A DNA stretch of 64,000 nucleotides from Patescibacteria group bacterium. GTDB taxonomy: Bacteria > Patescibacteriota > Microgenomatia > UBA1400 > PJMF01. Every line of letters starts with the position of its first letter. Position 1 is the first letter of the stretch. The position numbers were made by a program, and so were the translations under genes. Below the pieces are notes generated by a model. The model was not told the origin of the DNA. It saw only the letters and a list, made by a program, of their open reading frames with translations, and did not search any database. The stretch spans positions 19,127 to 83,126 of the forward strand of contig JBGTEY010000003.1 in assembly GCA_041747555.1 (NCBI GenBank), given 5' to 3'. Positions 1 to 10,444 of this stretch are shown here, piece by piece.

Positions 1-263
1 GCGCGCTCGTAAATGAACCAGCGGTCATTTTTGCAGATGAACCAACAGGAAATCTTGATACCAAAAGCGGTAATGAAATTGAAGAACTTCTTAAAGAGCT
101 CCACGCCGATGGTACAACTATCATCATGGTTACGCACGAATCTGATGTGGCAGCGATTACCAAGAGATTGATTTTATTTAGGGATGGAAAAATTGTCGAT
201 GATCGGCCAATTTCGCCAGCATTGAAGAAAAAAATGAGCCAAAATTCCTATGAACCTGTTTAA
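1..263 (+). CDS. ABC transporter ATP-binding protein (LolD/MacB family), 5'-truncated by the window edge
   Basis: Manual translation from nt 3: ALVNEPAVIFADEPTGNLDTKSG...IIMVTHE (Walker B/D-loop DEPTGNLD and H-switch); TAA at 261-263 overlaps the permease start. Confidence 0.9.
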   Translation, partial: ALVNEPAVIFADEPTGNLDTKSGNEIEELLKELHADGTTIIMVTHESDVAAITKRLILFRDGKIVDDRPISPALKKKMSQNSYEPV

Positions 264-1464
264 TACCTTTACTATCGCACTCAAGGCTATTAGCGTCAAC
301 AAATTGAGGTCATTTTTAACAACCCTCGGAGTAATTATTGGTGTTGGATCTGTGGTGCTTTTAACCGCAATTGGAAATGGTCTCTCTGCATACGTCACTG
401 AACAATTTGACGCACTTGGAGCAAACACCGTGTTGGTATTTCCTGGTGATCCGTTTGGCGAGGGCGGTGGATTTAATCGTGAAGAACAAATTAGTGCCAT
501 TACCTCTAGCAAATTATCGCTCCGCGAAGTCAGGGATATCAAAGCAATTCGCGAGTATGTGACTCGGGCAGTGCCATTTGTGCAAAAAGTCGACACCATG
601 AGTTTTCAAACAACTGAGCAACGAGTGACACTCATTGGCACAACCTATGACTACCCTCTTTCTCAAGGAAATGCCAAGCTTGCTAAAGGATCTTTTTTCA
701 CCAGCACCGACGATGAGTCTGGCAAACGAGTCATAGCAATTGGCCACGCGGTCGCAGAGGAACTATTTGGTGAAATAGATCCCGTGGGCAAAAGAGTCCG
801 GATTGGTACTCAAAATTTTACCGTCGTGGGAGTCATGGAAGAAGTTGGCGGCTCATTTGGCGGCCCTTCTTTTGATACCTATGCATTTATCCCCCTAGAA
901 ACTGCTTTCAAAATGTACGATATAGACTCACTCTTTGAAATTATTGTCAAAGTAAAAGATGCCAATCAAATTCCAGATGCGATTATTGCAATTGAAGACG
1001 TTCTAGGTGAGCGACTTGAAGAAGATGAATTTTCTGTGTTTGATCAATCTGACATTCTCAATACGATTAATGAAATTTTAGGAGTGCTCACCCTTGGCCT
1101 GGGTGGTATTGCCAGTATTTCTCTAGTCGTCGGCGGTATTGGCATTATGAATATCATGCTCGTCTCAGTAACCGAGCGCACCAGAGAAATCGGCCTCCGC
1201 AAAGCCCTCGGCGCTACACCCAACAGTATTTTGGCTCAGTTCCTGATTGAAGCCGCGATTTTGTCGCTCCTTGGAGGGATTATTGGAATTATCATTGCCT
1301 TCCTGGGAACCCTCGCCATTCAACCCTACTTCCCTGCCAAAGTCACAATGGACGCGGTGGTTCTCGCATTTGGCGTTTCAACTCTAGTTGGGCTTATTTT
1401 TGGCGCTGCGCCTGCACGTCGTGCGGCTCAATTATCCCCGATTGAAGCGCTCCGCTACGAGTAA
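250..1464 (+). CDS. MacB/FtsX-family ABC transporter permease
   Basis: N-terminal NKLRSFLTTLGVIIGV, large extracytoplasmic domain, C-terminal GGIGIMNIMLVSVTERTREIGLRKALGA and PARRAAQLSPIEALRYE. Confidence 0.93.
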   Translation: MNLFNTFTIALKAISVNKLRSFLTTLGVIIGVGSVVLLTAIGNGLSAYVTEQFDALGANTVLVFPGDPFGEGGGFNREEQISAITSSKLSLREVRDIKAIREYVTRAVPFVQKVDTMSFQTTEQRVTLIGTTYDYPLSQGNAKLAKGSFFTSTDDESGKRVIAIGHAVAEELFGEIDPVGKRVRIGTQNFTVVGVMEEVGGSFGGPSFDTYAFIPLETAFKMYDIDSLFEIIVKVKDANQIPDAIIAIEDVLGERLEEDEFSVFDQSDILNTINEILGVLTLGLGGIASISLVVGGIGIMNIMLVSVTERTREIGLRKALGATPNSILAQFLIEAAILSLLGGIIGIIIAFLGTLAIQPYFPAKVTMDAVVLAFGVSTLVGLIFGAAPARRAAQLSPIEALRYE

Positions 1465-1497
1465 CAATCGCCCCAATTCACGTGCTACACTAGATGC

Positions 1498-1839
1498 ATG
1501 TCGCCACTCAAAGTTATCACACTCGTCGCCGTTGTCACTGTTATTGGTGGTCTTGGTGCAACAATTTATGCAACCGATAAAGTCGTCCAACTTGCAGAAC
1601 CAATTCTAGAAAAAACCGGAGTCGTGGATCGTGAAAAAATTGAGACATTTGCAGAAGAAGCACAGAGTGAAATCCAAACCATCAGCTCGCGCGGACAGGA
1701 CGTAGCCAGCCATACTCAACAAGTTTTAGGCGCTTCAGTCGAAGTAAATGAAAATGATACATCAATCCAAAATCGAGCATTTGAGTATGGTCGGTATCTC
1801 TACTGTCAGCAGGTGGTTGAGGAGTATGAGGGGCGGTAG
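1498..1839 (+). CDS. Hypothetical membrane-anchored protein (113 aa)
   Basis: N-terminal TM helix; TG-c-TACACT -10 box 6 nt before ATG. Confidence 0.7.
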   Translation: MSPLKVITLVAVVTVIGGLGATIYATDKVVQLAEPILEKTGVVDREKIETFAEEAQSEIQTISSRGQDVASHTQQVLGASVEVNENDTSIQNRAFEYGRYLYCQQVVEEYEGR

Positions 1840-1853
1840 TGTTTGGATTGTAT

Positions 1854-3038
1854 ATGTCGATCGAAACAAATTTGCAACCCACGAGTGAATCCGAAGCAAG
1901 AAAATTTACCAATATTCATTTTGAACCTGCCATACATCACGACACTGATCTACTTCAAAAAAATGCTATGGAGCAGCAAGTTGTGAGCAACTGGTATGAA
2001 GCAAGTGCTTGGCTTAATAAAGATGCGCTTCTTAGCCGAATGCAAGAATACCAACCAAAGTATTTGTTTGTAGATGGATTAACACCGAGGGGAATAATGG
2101 ATCAAGATAATGTAACTTTTGATCAAAAACTTATAAATCTATGGTATCGATTGCCTGGTCCACCTGAGTCATTCAGAAGTGACAGTCACGTATTTGTAAT
2201 TGCAGGAGATTTTTCCAGCAAATTGAATGACCAACAACTTAACACTCCTCATGACAAAGAGTTTCTAAATAGGCTCGCAACTGAAAGCACACGAGATAAT
2301 GCGCAGAGGCGGTTTAGCTCACTGGTCGAGTTCGGCATCGCAACTGGTGTAGGCTCAGCAATAGCGACTGCAATTCATAAAGCACTAGAAAATGCTTCAT
2401 ATCAAGAAGAAACTATTCCTAATTTCGTGGTTACAAGGAGAGCGTTTATCGGAGGTCTAATTGCAGCGACAGTAGCAATTTCGGGGATAGGTCGACTAGC
2501 TGGTGGCGCCATACACACTGAAGCAAATGCAGCCAATTCTAATGCCGTTTGGAAAAGAAATTTATGGCTACGATTTCATCAACAAGTAGAAGCTATTATT
2601 TTTACTAGAGTGGAGGTAAATGCTCGCACAGCAACATCTTTTCTCAAATTAAAAGATGCTATGATAAGAAAAAATGAGCCAGAAGACACTCCCGCATGTA
2701 GTGTAATGGGTACCGCGCACAGTGACGAATCACTGGAATCTTTAGAAAGTGAAGAGCATAGTAAAAAATTGATCTTCAGATATCTAAAGGATGCTAAAAA
2801 AATTCTTGATACTTTAAAAAAAGAGTTTCCACAGTTTGATGATCTCTCCGCAATGAGAACCTTATGTTCAATAATTGCGGATACAGAAGTGTATGGTGTA
2901 AATAATCCCACGATTGAAGATAGACGACTTGGATGGCAAATATTACTCGAATATATTGAAGTAACCGATCGGTTTCTCAGTCCATCTGTAGTAGCGATTA
3001 CTGAGGAATTTATTGAGGAAATGTACCATATTAATTAA
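1854..3038 (+). CDS. Hypothetical protein with two central hydrophobic segments
   Basis: Long ORF (track starts at GTG 1839, ATG at 1854); internal TRRAFIGG followed by a hydrophobic helix. Confidence 0.7.
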   Translation: MSIETNLQPTSESEARKFTNIHFEPAIHHDTDLLQKNAMEQQVVSNWYEASAWLNKDALLSRMQEYQPKYLFVDGLTPRGIMDQDNVTFDQKLINLWYRLPGPPESFRSDSHVFVIAGDFSSKLNDQQLNTPHDKEFLNRLATESTRDNAQRRFSSLVEFGIATGVGSAIATAIHKALENASYQEETIPNFVVTRRAFIGGLIAATVAISGIGRLAGGAIHTEANAANSNAVWKRNLWLRFHQQVEAIIFTRVEVNARTATSFLKLKDAMIRKNEPEDTPACSVMGTAHSDESLESLESEEHSKKLIFRYLKDAKKILDTLKKEFPQFDDLSAMRTLCSIIADTEVYGVNNPTIEDRRLGWQILLEYIEVTDRFLSPSVVAITEEFIEEMYHIN

Positions 3039-3096
3039 GTACTTTTTAGAAAGCACGACATACCGGTATTAATATGCACAAGAACTTACATGGTTT

Positions 3097-3990
3097 ATGA
3101 CAAACACATATGATTCCCAGCTTCAATCCAATGATTTAACTGAGGCCGACAGCAAGCAGACATCGGAACCAGCTAGAGCGACTTCTCATGAATCCCCTGC
3201 TGAAAAAATCTTCTTACTCCCCGACGAAGCAGAAAAAATCATATTTACCGAAGATACGGCCGTTGAAAAACCCCCACTCTTAGAAAACGTTCCCCACTTT
3301 CAATTAGAAAGTGTCATTGCTGCCCTACCGCTTCTCAACAAACACGCAGAATTCTCTGATGAAAACTATTTCTCATTCTTGGCAAATGGCAACTGGGCTA
3401 TGATCATCAAGACTAAATTTCAAGGAAAAGATGTTGTCATGAAGCTTTTCTACGGTAGTGGACTCAATCCCGAAGATGCAACAAAACTAACAGAAGGAAT
3501 TGGCATGACAGATGAGACTGTCGCCAATACCCAAAACCTCACAGCCAGAAATCGATCTACACAATGGCATCAAGATGCTCTTAAAAGCATCGGAGGATTT
3601 TGGCGTAAATTTCAGCATTCACTAGACTCAGCTGAAGACGCCAGAATCGCGCAAGAAAAAATTGCCGAATCGATCCAAATGGAAGCAGGTGCCCTCAAGC
3701 GAGCAAATGCTCTCAAAAACAACTGGGTCCCTCCGGTGAGAGCTATGTTGACATACCAAGGGAGACCGTGCGGGTATATCATGCCCCAAATCAAAGGTAC
3801 ATTTGCCAGTGTTGCTCAGATTGAGGAGAAATTTCCACATGCAGCACAGGCTAAAGCTGAACTAGAACAAGCAGGAATCTTAATCGATTATTCCGATAAT
3901 CACAATGCAGCAATTTTGGAACAGCACAATACTCCTGTTTTTTTTGATATGTCTCTTAGAGATCCATCTGAATTACAGATGAAAAATTAG
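3097..3990 (+). CDS. Hypothetical protein, possible divergent protein-kinase-like fold
   Basis: Ordered motifs ANGNWAMI, VVMKLF, GYIMPQIKG, DYSDNHN, FFDM resemble kinase Gly-loop, Lys, hinge, catalytic loop and DFG. Confidence 0.55.
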   Translation: MTNTYDSQLQSNDLTEADSKQTSEPARATSHESPAEKIFLLPDEAEKIIFTEDTAVEKPPLLENVPHFQLESVIAALPLLNKHAEFSDENYFSFLANGNWAMIIKTKFQGKDVVMKLFYGSGLNPEDATKLTEGIGMTDETVANTQNLTARNRSTQWHQDALKSIGGFWRKFQHSLDSAEDARIAQEKIAESIQMEAGALKRANALKNNWVPPVRAMLTYQGRPCGYIMPQIKGTFASVAQIEEKFPHAAQAKAELEQAGILIDYSDNHNAAILEQHNTPVFFDMSLRDPSELQMKN

Positions 3991-6327
3991 CTACAAATTA
4001 CTTCGCGATTGTATCTCCGCCTCAACAACCTCTCTATCCTTACCATACTTAAGTCGCGACAGCTGCTTAATCATCTCGGCTTGCTTAGGATTCATCCGCG
4101 CCTCAACTGCGTCCATGTCTTTTTGAAGTGACATACTAAATGGTGGCACCGGCTCATTTTTGACAATCGTCTTGATATACACATGATATTTTTCAATATT
4201 AGTCAAATCTTGATCACTAAACACCGGCGCGAACTCATGCTGCAAAAATCCCGCGTCAGGCACACCAACTCTAAAACAAATCACGGTACCGACGTTACCA
4301 AACACTGCATTTTTAATTTCTTCATCAATCTGGCCAATAAACTGATTAGCCACGATCAAACTGAGACGATATTTACGAGCCTCTGACAAAATCACCGCAA
4401 AATCTTCGGTTGCATAGTTCTGGAACTCGTCGACGTAGAGATAAAAATCTTTACGCTCATGCATACCGATATCTTGTCGACTCATGGCAGCAGTCAAGAC
4501 TTTAGGCACCAAGATCAGCCCCAGAAATTTTGCATCTTCTTCTCCCAGAATACCTTTAGAGAGGTTGCAAAGCACAACTTTTTGCTCATCCATGGCTTTT
4601 CTGAAATTAAAGGCACTGTACGGCTGACCAATAATGTTTCTCATGGTTTTATTGGTCACAAATCGACCAAATTTAGACACGATATAGTCAAGAACTTCTG
4701 ATTTGTGAAAGTCGGACGTCTGAGCAATTTGATCCGTCCAGTATCGTCTAACCACAGGATCTTTAACGAGCGGTAATAGCTCATCAATAAACTTGGTATC
4801 GGTCATAGCACGGACCAACTCAATAAACGTAGACCCTTTTCGATACATAATCGTCAACATAGCATTGCGAATCGCATGTTCAAACCGCGGACCGATAATA
4901 CCGGTACGGTGCGGGTCGTAGAGCTTATACATCAGGGAAATCACCGATCCGACCACAAAATGACGCTGCTCTTCTGTGTCAGCTTCCATCATGTTCATTC
5001 CCATCGGGCGCAAGAGGTCAGATGGATTAAAGTAAATTACGTCCTCTGCGCGCTCGGGCGGCATAAGTTGCAAAATATCTTCGACAAACTCTCCATGTGG
5101 GTCAACAGCACAGACTCCCTTGCCAGCTTCGATATCCTGCAAGAGCATTTCTTTGAGAAACTCTGATTTACCAGTACCGGTTTTTCCAATAATGTACATA
5201 TGGCGTCGGCGATCGTCTTCACCCAGATAGACTTCGCGAACTTCTCCTCTGTATACTGATTTACCCAAGTACAGGCCGTCTGTGGCAATACTTCTGGGTG
5301 CTGGCGCGTGCTTGGCATTGAGCCATTGGATGTGGTGCGTCTCGATAGTTTTATTGGGTAAGTGAAAAATTGTCGCCATTTCCTCTGTATTCAAAATCAT
5401 GGTATTTCTATTGAACAGCGGCATGTAACGATAAATAAAATCAATCATAAAAAGGTGTTTGAGGAATGTAGTCCCTTTTTGAAATGAGTTATATGCAGAA
5501 GTAAACTGGCCAAAACCACCGATAATATTATTGAGGTGCGAATCTGCAGTTTGATCATCAGTTGCTGATACCACGACTCTAATAGATACCCTAAATCCAG
5601 ACTTTTCTACCTTGTTAGTGATGTACTCCATTTCTTTTGGATCATGCTTGTATGTGGCCTTTTCTGGATCTGCTTCGCGCTGCTTCTCATTTTGCATGTA
5701 TTTTCTACCACGCTCTTGCCATTTTTTGCTTTCTGGTCTGATCAGAATTTGAATGATTCCGCCTTCTCCATAACTCATTTTGGCCATTGCTGAGGTGATA
5801 AGAGATAGTCCATCGGTCGGTAGATCTTTGAATGGTTTGATTGGCAAATGATTTGAGCTATCAAGCGTGAGTGCAGCAAGTGCAACCCTACCTTTTTCAT
5901 TGAAAATATTTATTTCTTCGACCTCTCTAATGTCTGCTTGTGGGTATGCGCCATGAATTTGTTTCTCTACAAAATCACGCACAGACTTAGAGCAACTCAC
6001 ATAAAATGCGATACTTTCTTTAAGAGCTACGATCTCAAATGAAATAACATCCTCTGTCTTCAAAAATGATCCAATACCTTGATTCTTCAATGCATATAAC
6101 CCCGCAAACATTTGCTCTGCGGCGTCAATTTTGGTCTCATTATCCTTTGGAACCTTAATCAACAGCGTTACAAAATTGAGTGCATACTCTTCGCGTTTTC
6201 TATGTTTGAACCATTGAAAGATCATGTACGCAAACACCCCCAAAATTCCCCAAACCAACACCACGGCAAACAAAGTTAGGACAACCGCGATTAGTTGAGA
6301 AAGTAGTAGTTGTGGATCAAGTTCCAT
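3991..6327 (-). CDS. VirD4/TraD-like type IV coupling ATPase (HerA/DUF87 clade) with N-terminal TM anchor
   Basis: RRRHMYIIGKTGTGKS (Walker A), VDPHGE, LYVDEFQN (Walker B), EARKYRLSLIVANQ, AVFGNVGT. Confidence 0.85.
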   Translation of the reverse strand: MELDPQLLLSQLIAVVLTLFAVVLVWGILGVFAYMIFQWFKHRKREEYALNFVTLLIKVPKDNETKIDAAEQMFAGLYALKNQGIGSFLKTEDVISFEIVALKESIAFYVSCSKSVRDFVEKQIHGAYPQADIREVEEINIFNEKGRVALAALTLDSSNHLPIKPFKDLPTDGLSLITSAMAKMSYGEGGIIQILIRPESKKWQERGRKYMQNEKQREADPEKATYKHDPKEMEYITNKVEKSGFRVSIRVVVSATDDQTADSHLNNIIGGFGQFTSAYNSFQKGTTFLKHLFMIDFIYRYMPLFNRNTMILNTEEMATIFHLPNKTIETHHIQWLNAKHAPAPRSIATDGLYLGKSVYRGEVREVYLGEDDRRRHMYIIGKTGTGKSEFLKEMLLQDIEAGKGVCAVDPHGEFVEDILQLMPPERAEDVIYFNPSDLLRPMGMNMMEADTEEQRHFVVGSVISLMYKLYDPHRTGIIGPRFEHAIRNAMLTIMYRKGSTFIELVRAMTDTKFIDELLPLVKDPVVRRYWTDQIAQTSDFHKSEVLDYIVSKFGRFVTNKTMRNIIGQPYSAFNFRKAMDEQKVVLCNLSKGILGEEDAKFLGLILVPKVLTAAMSRQDIGMHERKDFYLYVDEFQNYATEDFAVILSEARKYRLSLIVANQFIGQIDEEIKNAVFGNVGTVICFRVGVPDAGFLQHEFAPVFSDQDLTNIEKYHVYIKTIVKNEPVPPFSMSLQKDMDAVEARMNPKQAEMIKQLSRLKYGKDREVVEAEIQSRSNL

Positions 6328-6371
6328 AGTTGTGTTATACGCGCTTTGAGGGTGGTCAGACTAGGGCTAAC

Positions 6372-7226
6372 TTATGACTCAGAAGGCGCTTCTCTGTAAA
6401 TTACTTTTCCTGCAAACATTTTAATCACCTTGTGGCTCCATTCGACAAGCCAGCGAATACTATACTTGGGATTCTTTTTTTCTCCTTCTTTCTCAATTTC
6501 TTCAGTGATTGGAAGGACAAAGACTGGTTTTTTTGGTAAATGCTTGGTCGATTGCGGCTGCGAACCATCTGCAATTACAATTTCTTGCGGTGTTTGATTG
6601 GCGTGATCCTCTGCATGTTGCAAAAAGCTCTCGACCTCTACAGGGATTTCTGGATTTTTTTCTTGCTCAACATACTGAACACCCGCTCCTGAATCTGGCG
6701 ATACAATGTCTGGACTTGATGTTGACTCAACTTTTTCTTTCGCGAAGCCGAATGCGTTCGGAGGATTGAGTGTATCTGAAACTGGCTGTTGTGGTTGAGG
6801 ATCGGGTTGTTGCACCTCATCTTGAGGTAATTGCGCTGGCTGTTGCGCTGGTTGTGGTGCAGATTGTGGCTGTGGCTGTAGTGGCTGTGGTTGTGGTTGC
6901 ACCAGATCTGCGGCAGGTGTGGCGGATGGTTGAGGTGACACGTCAGCTATGGGTGTCGCACTCAACTCAGACACGATTGCATCGATAATTTCAAGTCGAG
7001 TACTTGAATCAATTTCTGGTTCAACTTGCGGCGTAGATAGTGGTTGAGCCTGTGGTTCTAATGGTACTGTAGGCTGCTGAACTAAATCAACTGGTGGCGA
7101 TTGATTTTGATCATCTGACTGAGCTGTTGACTGCATACTCGAGGAAACTGCACTCATAGTTCCACCAGTTGCGAACGCATTTCGGACCAGCTTGGAAAAC
7201 GGATTAGTTGATTGGGCAGCTGACAT
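6372..7226 (-). CDS. Pro/Gln-rich low-complexity protein with ordered C-terminal domain
   Basis: QPQPQP tracts; C-terminal SIRWLVEWSHKVIK; directly upstream of the VirD4-like gene. Confidence 0.7.
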   Translation of the reverse strand: MSAAQSTNPFSKLVRNAFATGGTMSAVSSSMQSTAQSDDQNQSPPVDLVQQPTVPLEPQAQPLSTPQVEPEIDSSTRLEIIDAIVSELSATPIADVSPQPSATPAADLVQPQPQPLQPQPQSAPQPAQQPAQLPQDEVQQPDPQPQQPVSDTLNPPNAFGFAKEKVESTSSPDIVSPDSGAGVQYVEQEKNPEIPVEVESFLQHAEDHANQTPQEIVIADGSQPQSTKHLPKKPVFVLPITEEIEKEGEKKNPKYSIRWLVEWSHKVIKMFAGKVIYREAPSES

Positions 7227-7231
7227 AGGTT

Positions 7232-7780
7232 CTATTGTACTGCAAGTAGGCGCACCTCGTCACCAACGGTAATTTGGTATTGATCTGCCGCACCGGCGGC
7301 AACTTCTAAGACGGTGTCTGCGGGACTAGGTGAAGTGTAGTTCGGTAACTCTGAAAGTGGTGTGGATGGGTCTGGGTGAGGCACATTTTTAGTAATTCCG
7401 ACAACAGTTGTCCCATCAATCCAGATTATATCAATATCAAACTTCATCTCCCTCATCCAAAATGACTGGATCGCTCGCTGTGGCATCATAAAAAGCAGTC
7501 CGTCACTTCCGATACTGTCGCGACCGCTCAATCCTTGGGTTAATCTTGCTTCGGTATGAATAACTTCTACATCAAGCTGACTCTGTCCAACTTGAATCTG
7601 GGTACGATCTCCATCACTCATGACTCGCAAGGCTTGCTCTGTCTGGGTTCGCTGTGCATTATTTGCTCCAGGAATTACCACGGGCTCAGGAACCGAATTA
7701 TTTTGAACAAACATATACCCTCCATATGCCACACCTACTAGCAATGCGATTCCGAGAAAAAGTATAACTTGGGATTTCAT
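7232..7780 (-). CDS. DUF192 family protein with N-terminal TM
   Basis: GLSGRD..DGLLF, FWMREMKFDIDIIWI, VLEVAAG; ATGA overlap with the lgt stop supports ATG at 7780. Confidence 0.85.
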   Translation of the reverse strand: MKSQVILFLGIALLVGVAYGGYMFVQNNSVPEPVVIPGANNAQRTQTEQALRVMSDGDRTQIQVGQSQLDVEVIHTEARLTQGLSGRDSIGSDGLLFMMPQRAIQSFWMREMKFDIDIIWIDGTTVVGITKNVPHPDPSTPLSELPNYTSPSPADTVLEVAAGAADQYQITVGDEVRLLAVQ

Positions 7781-8550
7781 GCGCACCTTTTTTTTCTGTA
7801 TAAAAGTACTGCCCCTAGAACTGCAATGAAAAGCAATAACATTATTTGATTTAGACCCAAGTTAACATCTGCGTACAGCTCCTTGTCTGCTCTCAAAAAA
7901 TCGAGAAAAAAGCGGATAGTTGCATAATAAAATGCATATCCAACCGCAAACACTCCATTACCTCTGCGCACTCTTCCAGAGCGCTGCAAAAAGAGAATTA
8001 CCAACGCAAATACCCCCAATAATGCAATTTCATACAGAAAAAGTGGGTGAAAGTAAGAAAAAAACTGAAACCGCTCTAAACGATTTTCTGGGGCTATGTA
8101 TAGTTTCCAGGGAAGATCTGTTGGCAAGCCGTACAATTCTTGGTTAAACGCGTTACCCAACCGCCCCACCATTTGGCCTACAGGTGCGCCAAAAGCAATC
8201 AAGTCCGCAAAGTGAACTAGTGAAATGTGTTGTTTTGTTTTTTGCCATCGGTGCATTCCGTATAAAACCATCGCACCTCCTGCAAACGCTCCAAGAATAC
8301 TCAGTCCACCATTCCAAATCGCAAATGCGTTCAGTGGCTGGTCTAGATATAAGTGCCAATCTGTCCACACGTGCCAAATTCTCGCACCAATAATCGCTCC
8401 CAAAAACATGCCTGTCGTCATTTTCACAATTTCAGATTCGCTAAGACCGTCTTCTTTACCCTCGCGCTCAATAATAAGATACGCAACGAGCGACCCCAAT
8501 CCGATCAAAAAACCATATACATGAAGAGTAAGACCAAAAATTGTTATCAT
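7777..8550 (-). CDS. lgt: Prolipoprotein diacylglyceryl transferase
   Basis: YG..IG, IIGARIWHV, IWNGGLSILG, GRLGNAFNQELYG, HPLFLYE, RFFLDFLR; TAATG overlap places the start at 8550. Confidence 0.92.
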   Translation of the reverse strand: MITIFGLTLHVYGFLIGLGSLVAYLIIEREGKEDGLSESEIVKMTTGMFLGAIIGARIWHVWTDWHLYLDQPLNAFAIWNGGLSILGAFAGGAMVLYGMHRWQKTKQHISLVHFADLIAFGAPVGQMVGRLGNAFNQELYGLPTDLPWKLYIAPENRLERFQFFSYFHPLFLYEIALLGVFALVILFLQRSGRVRRGNGVFAVGYAFYYATIRFFLDFLRADKELYADVNLGLNQIMLLLFIAVLGAVLLYRKKRCA

Positions 8551-9182
8551 TACCAGACTACCAGCACCCCAAACAAGACTGTCCAGGTTACAACGCCAAC
8601 CATAAACCAAAGCATTTCATTGGCTTGTGGCGCCTTCTTTAATTGATATAAAAAACGATCACGAATTAGTTGCGGTGAGTGATAGAACGAAACTAATTCT
8701 GATGAATAGGATACTAGTATTCCTAAATACAATCCTATACCGAGCACGCTCCCTGTTGAGGTAAGTAAAAAGATACCCAGCGGTACCAGGCTCAGAACAA
8801 ATAGTAGTGAACGCGTTATAAGATGTGATGGATGTACATGCTCAGGTTCTGCGGTAGTTGAATGCTCGGCTGAAGGCACCTGTGCCTGGAACGCTTCTGA
8901 TGCATCTGCGTTGACATTCTCAGGCATGATTTGTGTAGACTCACCTCCACTGTTTGCAGATCCCAAACCCGGAACTCGATTAATCTTGGAATAATGCTTA
9001 TACAACTCTGTTGCATCCAGTAAAAAAAGTGCGAGCCCAAGATACATGCCCGCCAATAGTAAAACTGCTTCAAAAATACGCGCATTATTAGCATCAAGCC
9101 GAAGCAGATAGTAGAGCGCTGCAACAAAGATTGGTACGAGCAATGAGACAATAAACCCTGGATTTTTCTGTGAAGCTTCCAT
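8550..9182 (-). CDS. Hypothetical integral membrane protein
   Basis: 4-5 hydrophobic segments; GGAG SD upstream. Confidence 0.7.
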   Translation of the reverse strand: MEASQKNPGFIVSLLVPIFVAALYYLLRLDANNARIFEAVLLLAGMYLGLALFLLDATELYKHYSKINRVPGLGSANSGGESTQIMPENVNADASEAFQAQVPSAEHSTTAEPEHVHPSHLITRSLLFVLSLVPLGIFLLTSTGSVLGIGLYLGILVSYSSELVSFYHSPQLIRDRFLYQLKKAPQANEMLWFMVGVVTWTVLFGVLVVW

Positions 9183-9196
9183 AATACTCCATTTCT

Positions 9197-10444
9197 CTAC
9201 TGATTATACTCCGCATAGACCATATTTTGCTTGAGTTGCACAATTTTTTTCGCACTCATATCGACGTGATCGCGAAACTCAGGAGAGGCTTGATACTGAC
9301 TTTCTAATGCCACAATAATCAGGTCTAGTTCCTCTGGGGTAACGCCTTCTCCAAAAAGTAAAACCTCTATTCCAGCCTCTGCAGCAGCAACCGCTACCTC
9401 TGTAAGTGGCGCCTCCTCCTCTGTGTCTTCTGCATCTTCCACTACTCTTGCAGAACTCATTTCAAGTGCATCAGAAATTACAAGTACTGCCGGGTATTCA
9501 CTCCTCAATTCACCAACACAATCTACACTTAGTGAGCACGGTACGTCAGCGTATTGGTTTACCACCCCAGCGTGTGAAATCATCACACCAATGTTTGGAT
9601 ACTGACCCAAAAGGTACTTATAAAGGTACACACTGTCGTCACTGACGGTGATTTGATCAAAATCGGTATGAAGATCTCGAGTAGTGTCACCAATTCCAGG
9701 AAAATGCTTGAGTACCGGCATCACCCCTTGTTTCGAGAATGCTTCAACAAAATCAATACCAGCCGTCAAAACTGCCAGTGGATCACCTGAGCAAATCCTG
9801 TCACCTAGCACGGGGTGATCTTCTGCGATGTCTACAACGGGCGCGAGCACCACATCGATGCCTACCCGAGAAATTTGTCGAGCTGATGTCTGCAAAATAC
9901 GTAATCGATCTGACCGATCTTGCGCACAAAGTGATTCCCATGAAGGAAGCGCCTCAAAACCCTCACCCCTTAACCGCTGCACCGAACCACCTTCATGGTC
10001 AACCATTATAATTGGCGTGGTTAGCGGCTGTTCCTCACTAGAAACTGAAGTAATAAATGACTGAGCTCGTTCACCAGAAAGTCCATCGCCAAAAATCGTG
10101 ACAAACCCATACGATTCTCGTGTAATTACTTCAGCTATTTCTGAATCTTCGGCAGAAGCATCGTCACCCAGCACTCGGTCGAAAATACCACTTGGTGTTG
10201 CAATTTCAACTGCATCGAGTGTTACAGGGGCAGCTATCATTTGCGCCACACGCTGTCGAGGAGTTAATTGATCAAAATAAAGCTCGTGAGCAGGAATCTC
10301 TACAATTGTTGGTGATGGGGTGGGTGGTGGTGGCGCAGGTTCAAATACTTCACCAAATGGCTGCACAAAGTAATTATAGCCAGCCACAACAGCCAAAATC
10401 ATCAATATAAAAATCAGGATTGAAGTTGACCAGCGCTGATTCAT
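9197..10444 (-). CDS. GH3 beta-N-acetylhexosaminidase (NagZ-like) with N-terminal membrane anchor
   Basis: VDHEGGSVQRL, LAPVVD, KHFPGIGDTTRDLH (NagZ-type catalytic loop), ISDALEM (nucleophile Asp). Confidence 0.85.
   Translation of the reverse strand: MNQRWSTSILIFILMILAVVAGYNYFVQPFGEVFEPAPPPPTPSPTIVEIPAHELYFDQLTPRQRVAQMIAAPVTLDAVEIATPSGIFDRVLGDDASAEDSEIAEVITRESYGFVTIFGDGLSGERAQSFITSVSSEEQPLTTPIIMVDHEGGSVQRLRGEGFEALPSWESLCAQDRSDRLRILQTSARQISRVGIDVVLAPVVDIAEDHPVLGDRICSGDPLAVLTAGIDFVEAFSKQGVMPVLKHFPGIGDTTRDLHTDFDQITVSDDSVYLYKYLLGQYPNIGVMISHAGVVNQYADVPCSLSVDCVGELRSEYPAVLVISDALEMSSARVVEDAEDTEEEAPLTEVAVAAAEAGIEVLLFGEGVTPEELDLIIVALESQYQASPEFRDHVDMSAKKIVQLKQNMVYAEYNQ

Noticed and set aside
6780-6905. 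Repetitive tggttg/tggctg DNA
   Set aside because: Explained by Gln-Pro codon runs in the 6372-7226 protein
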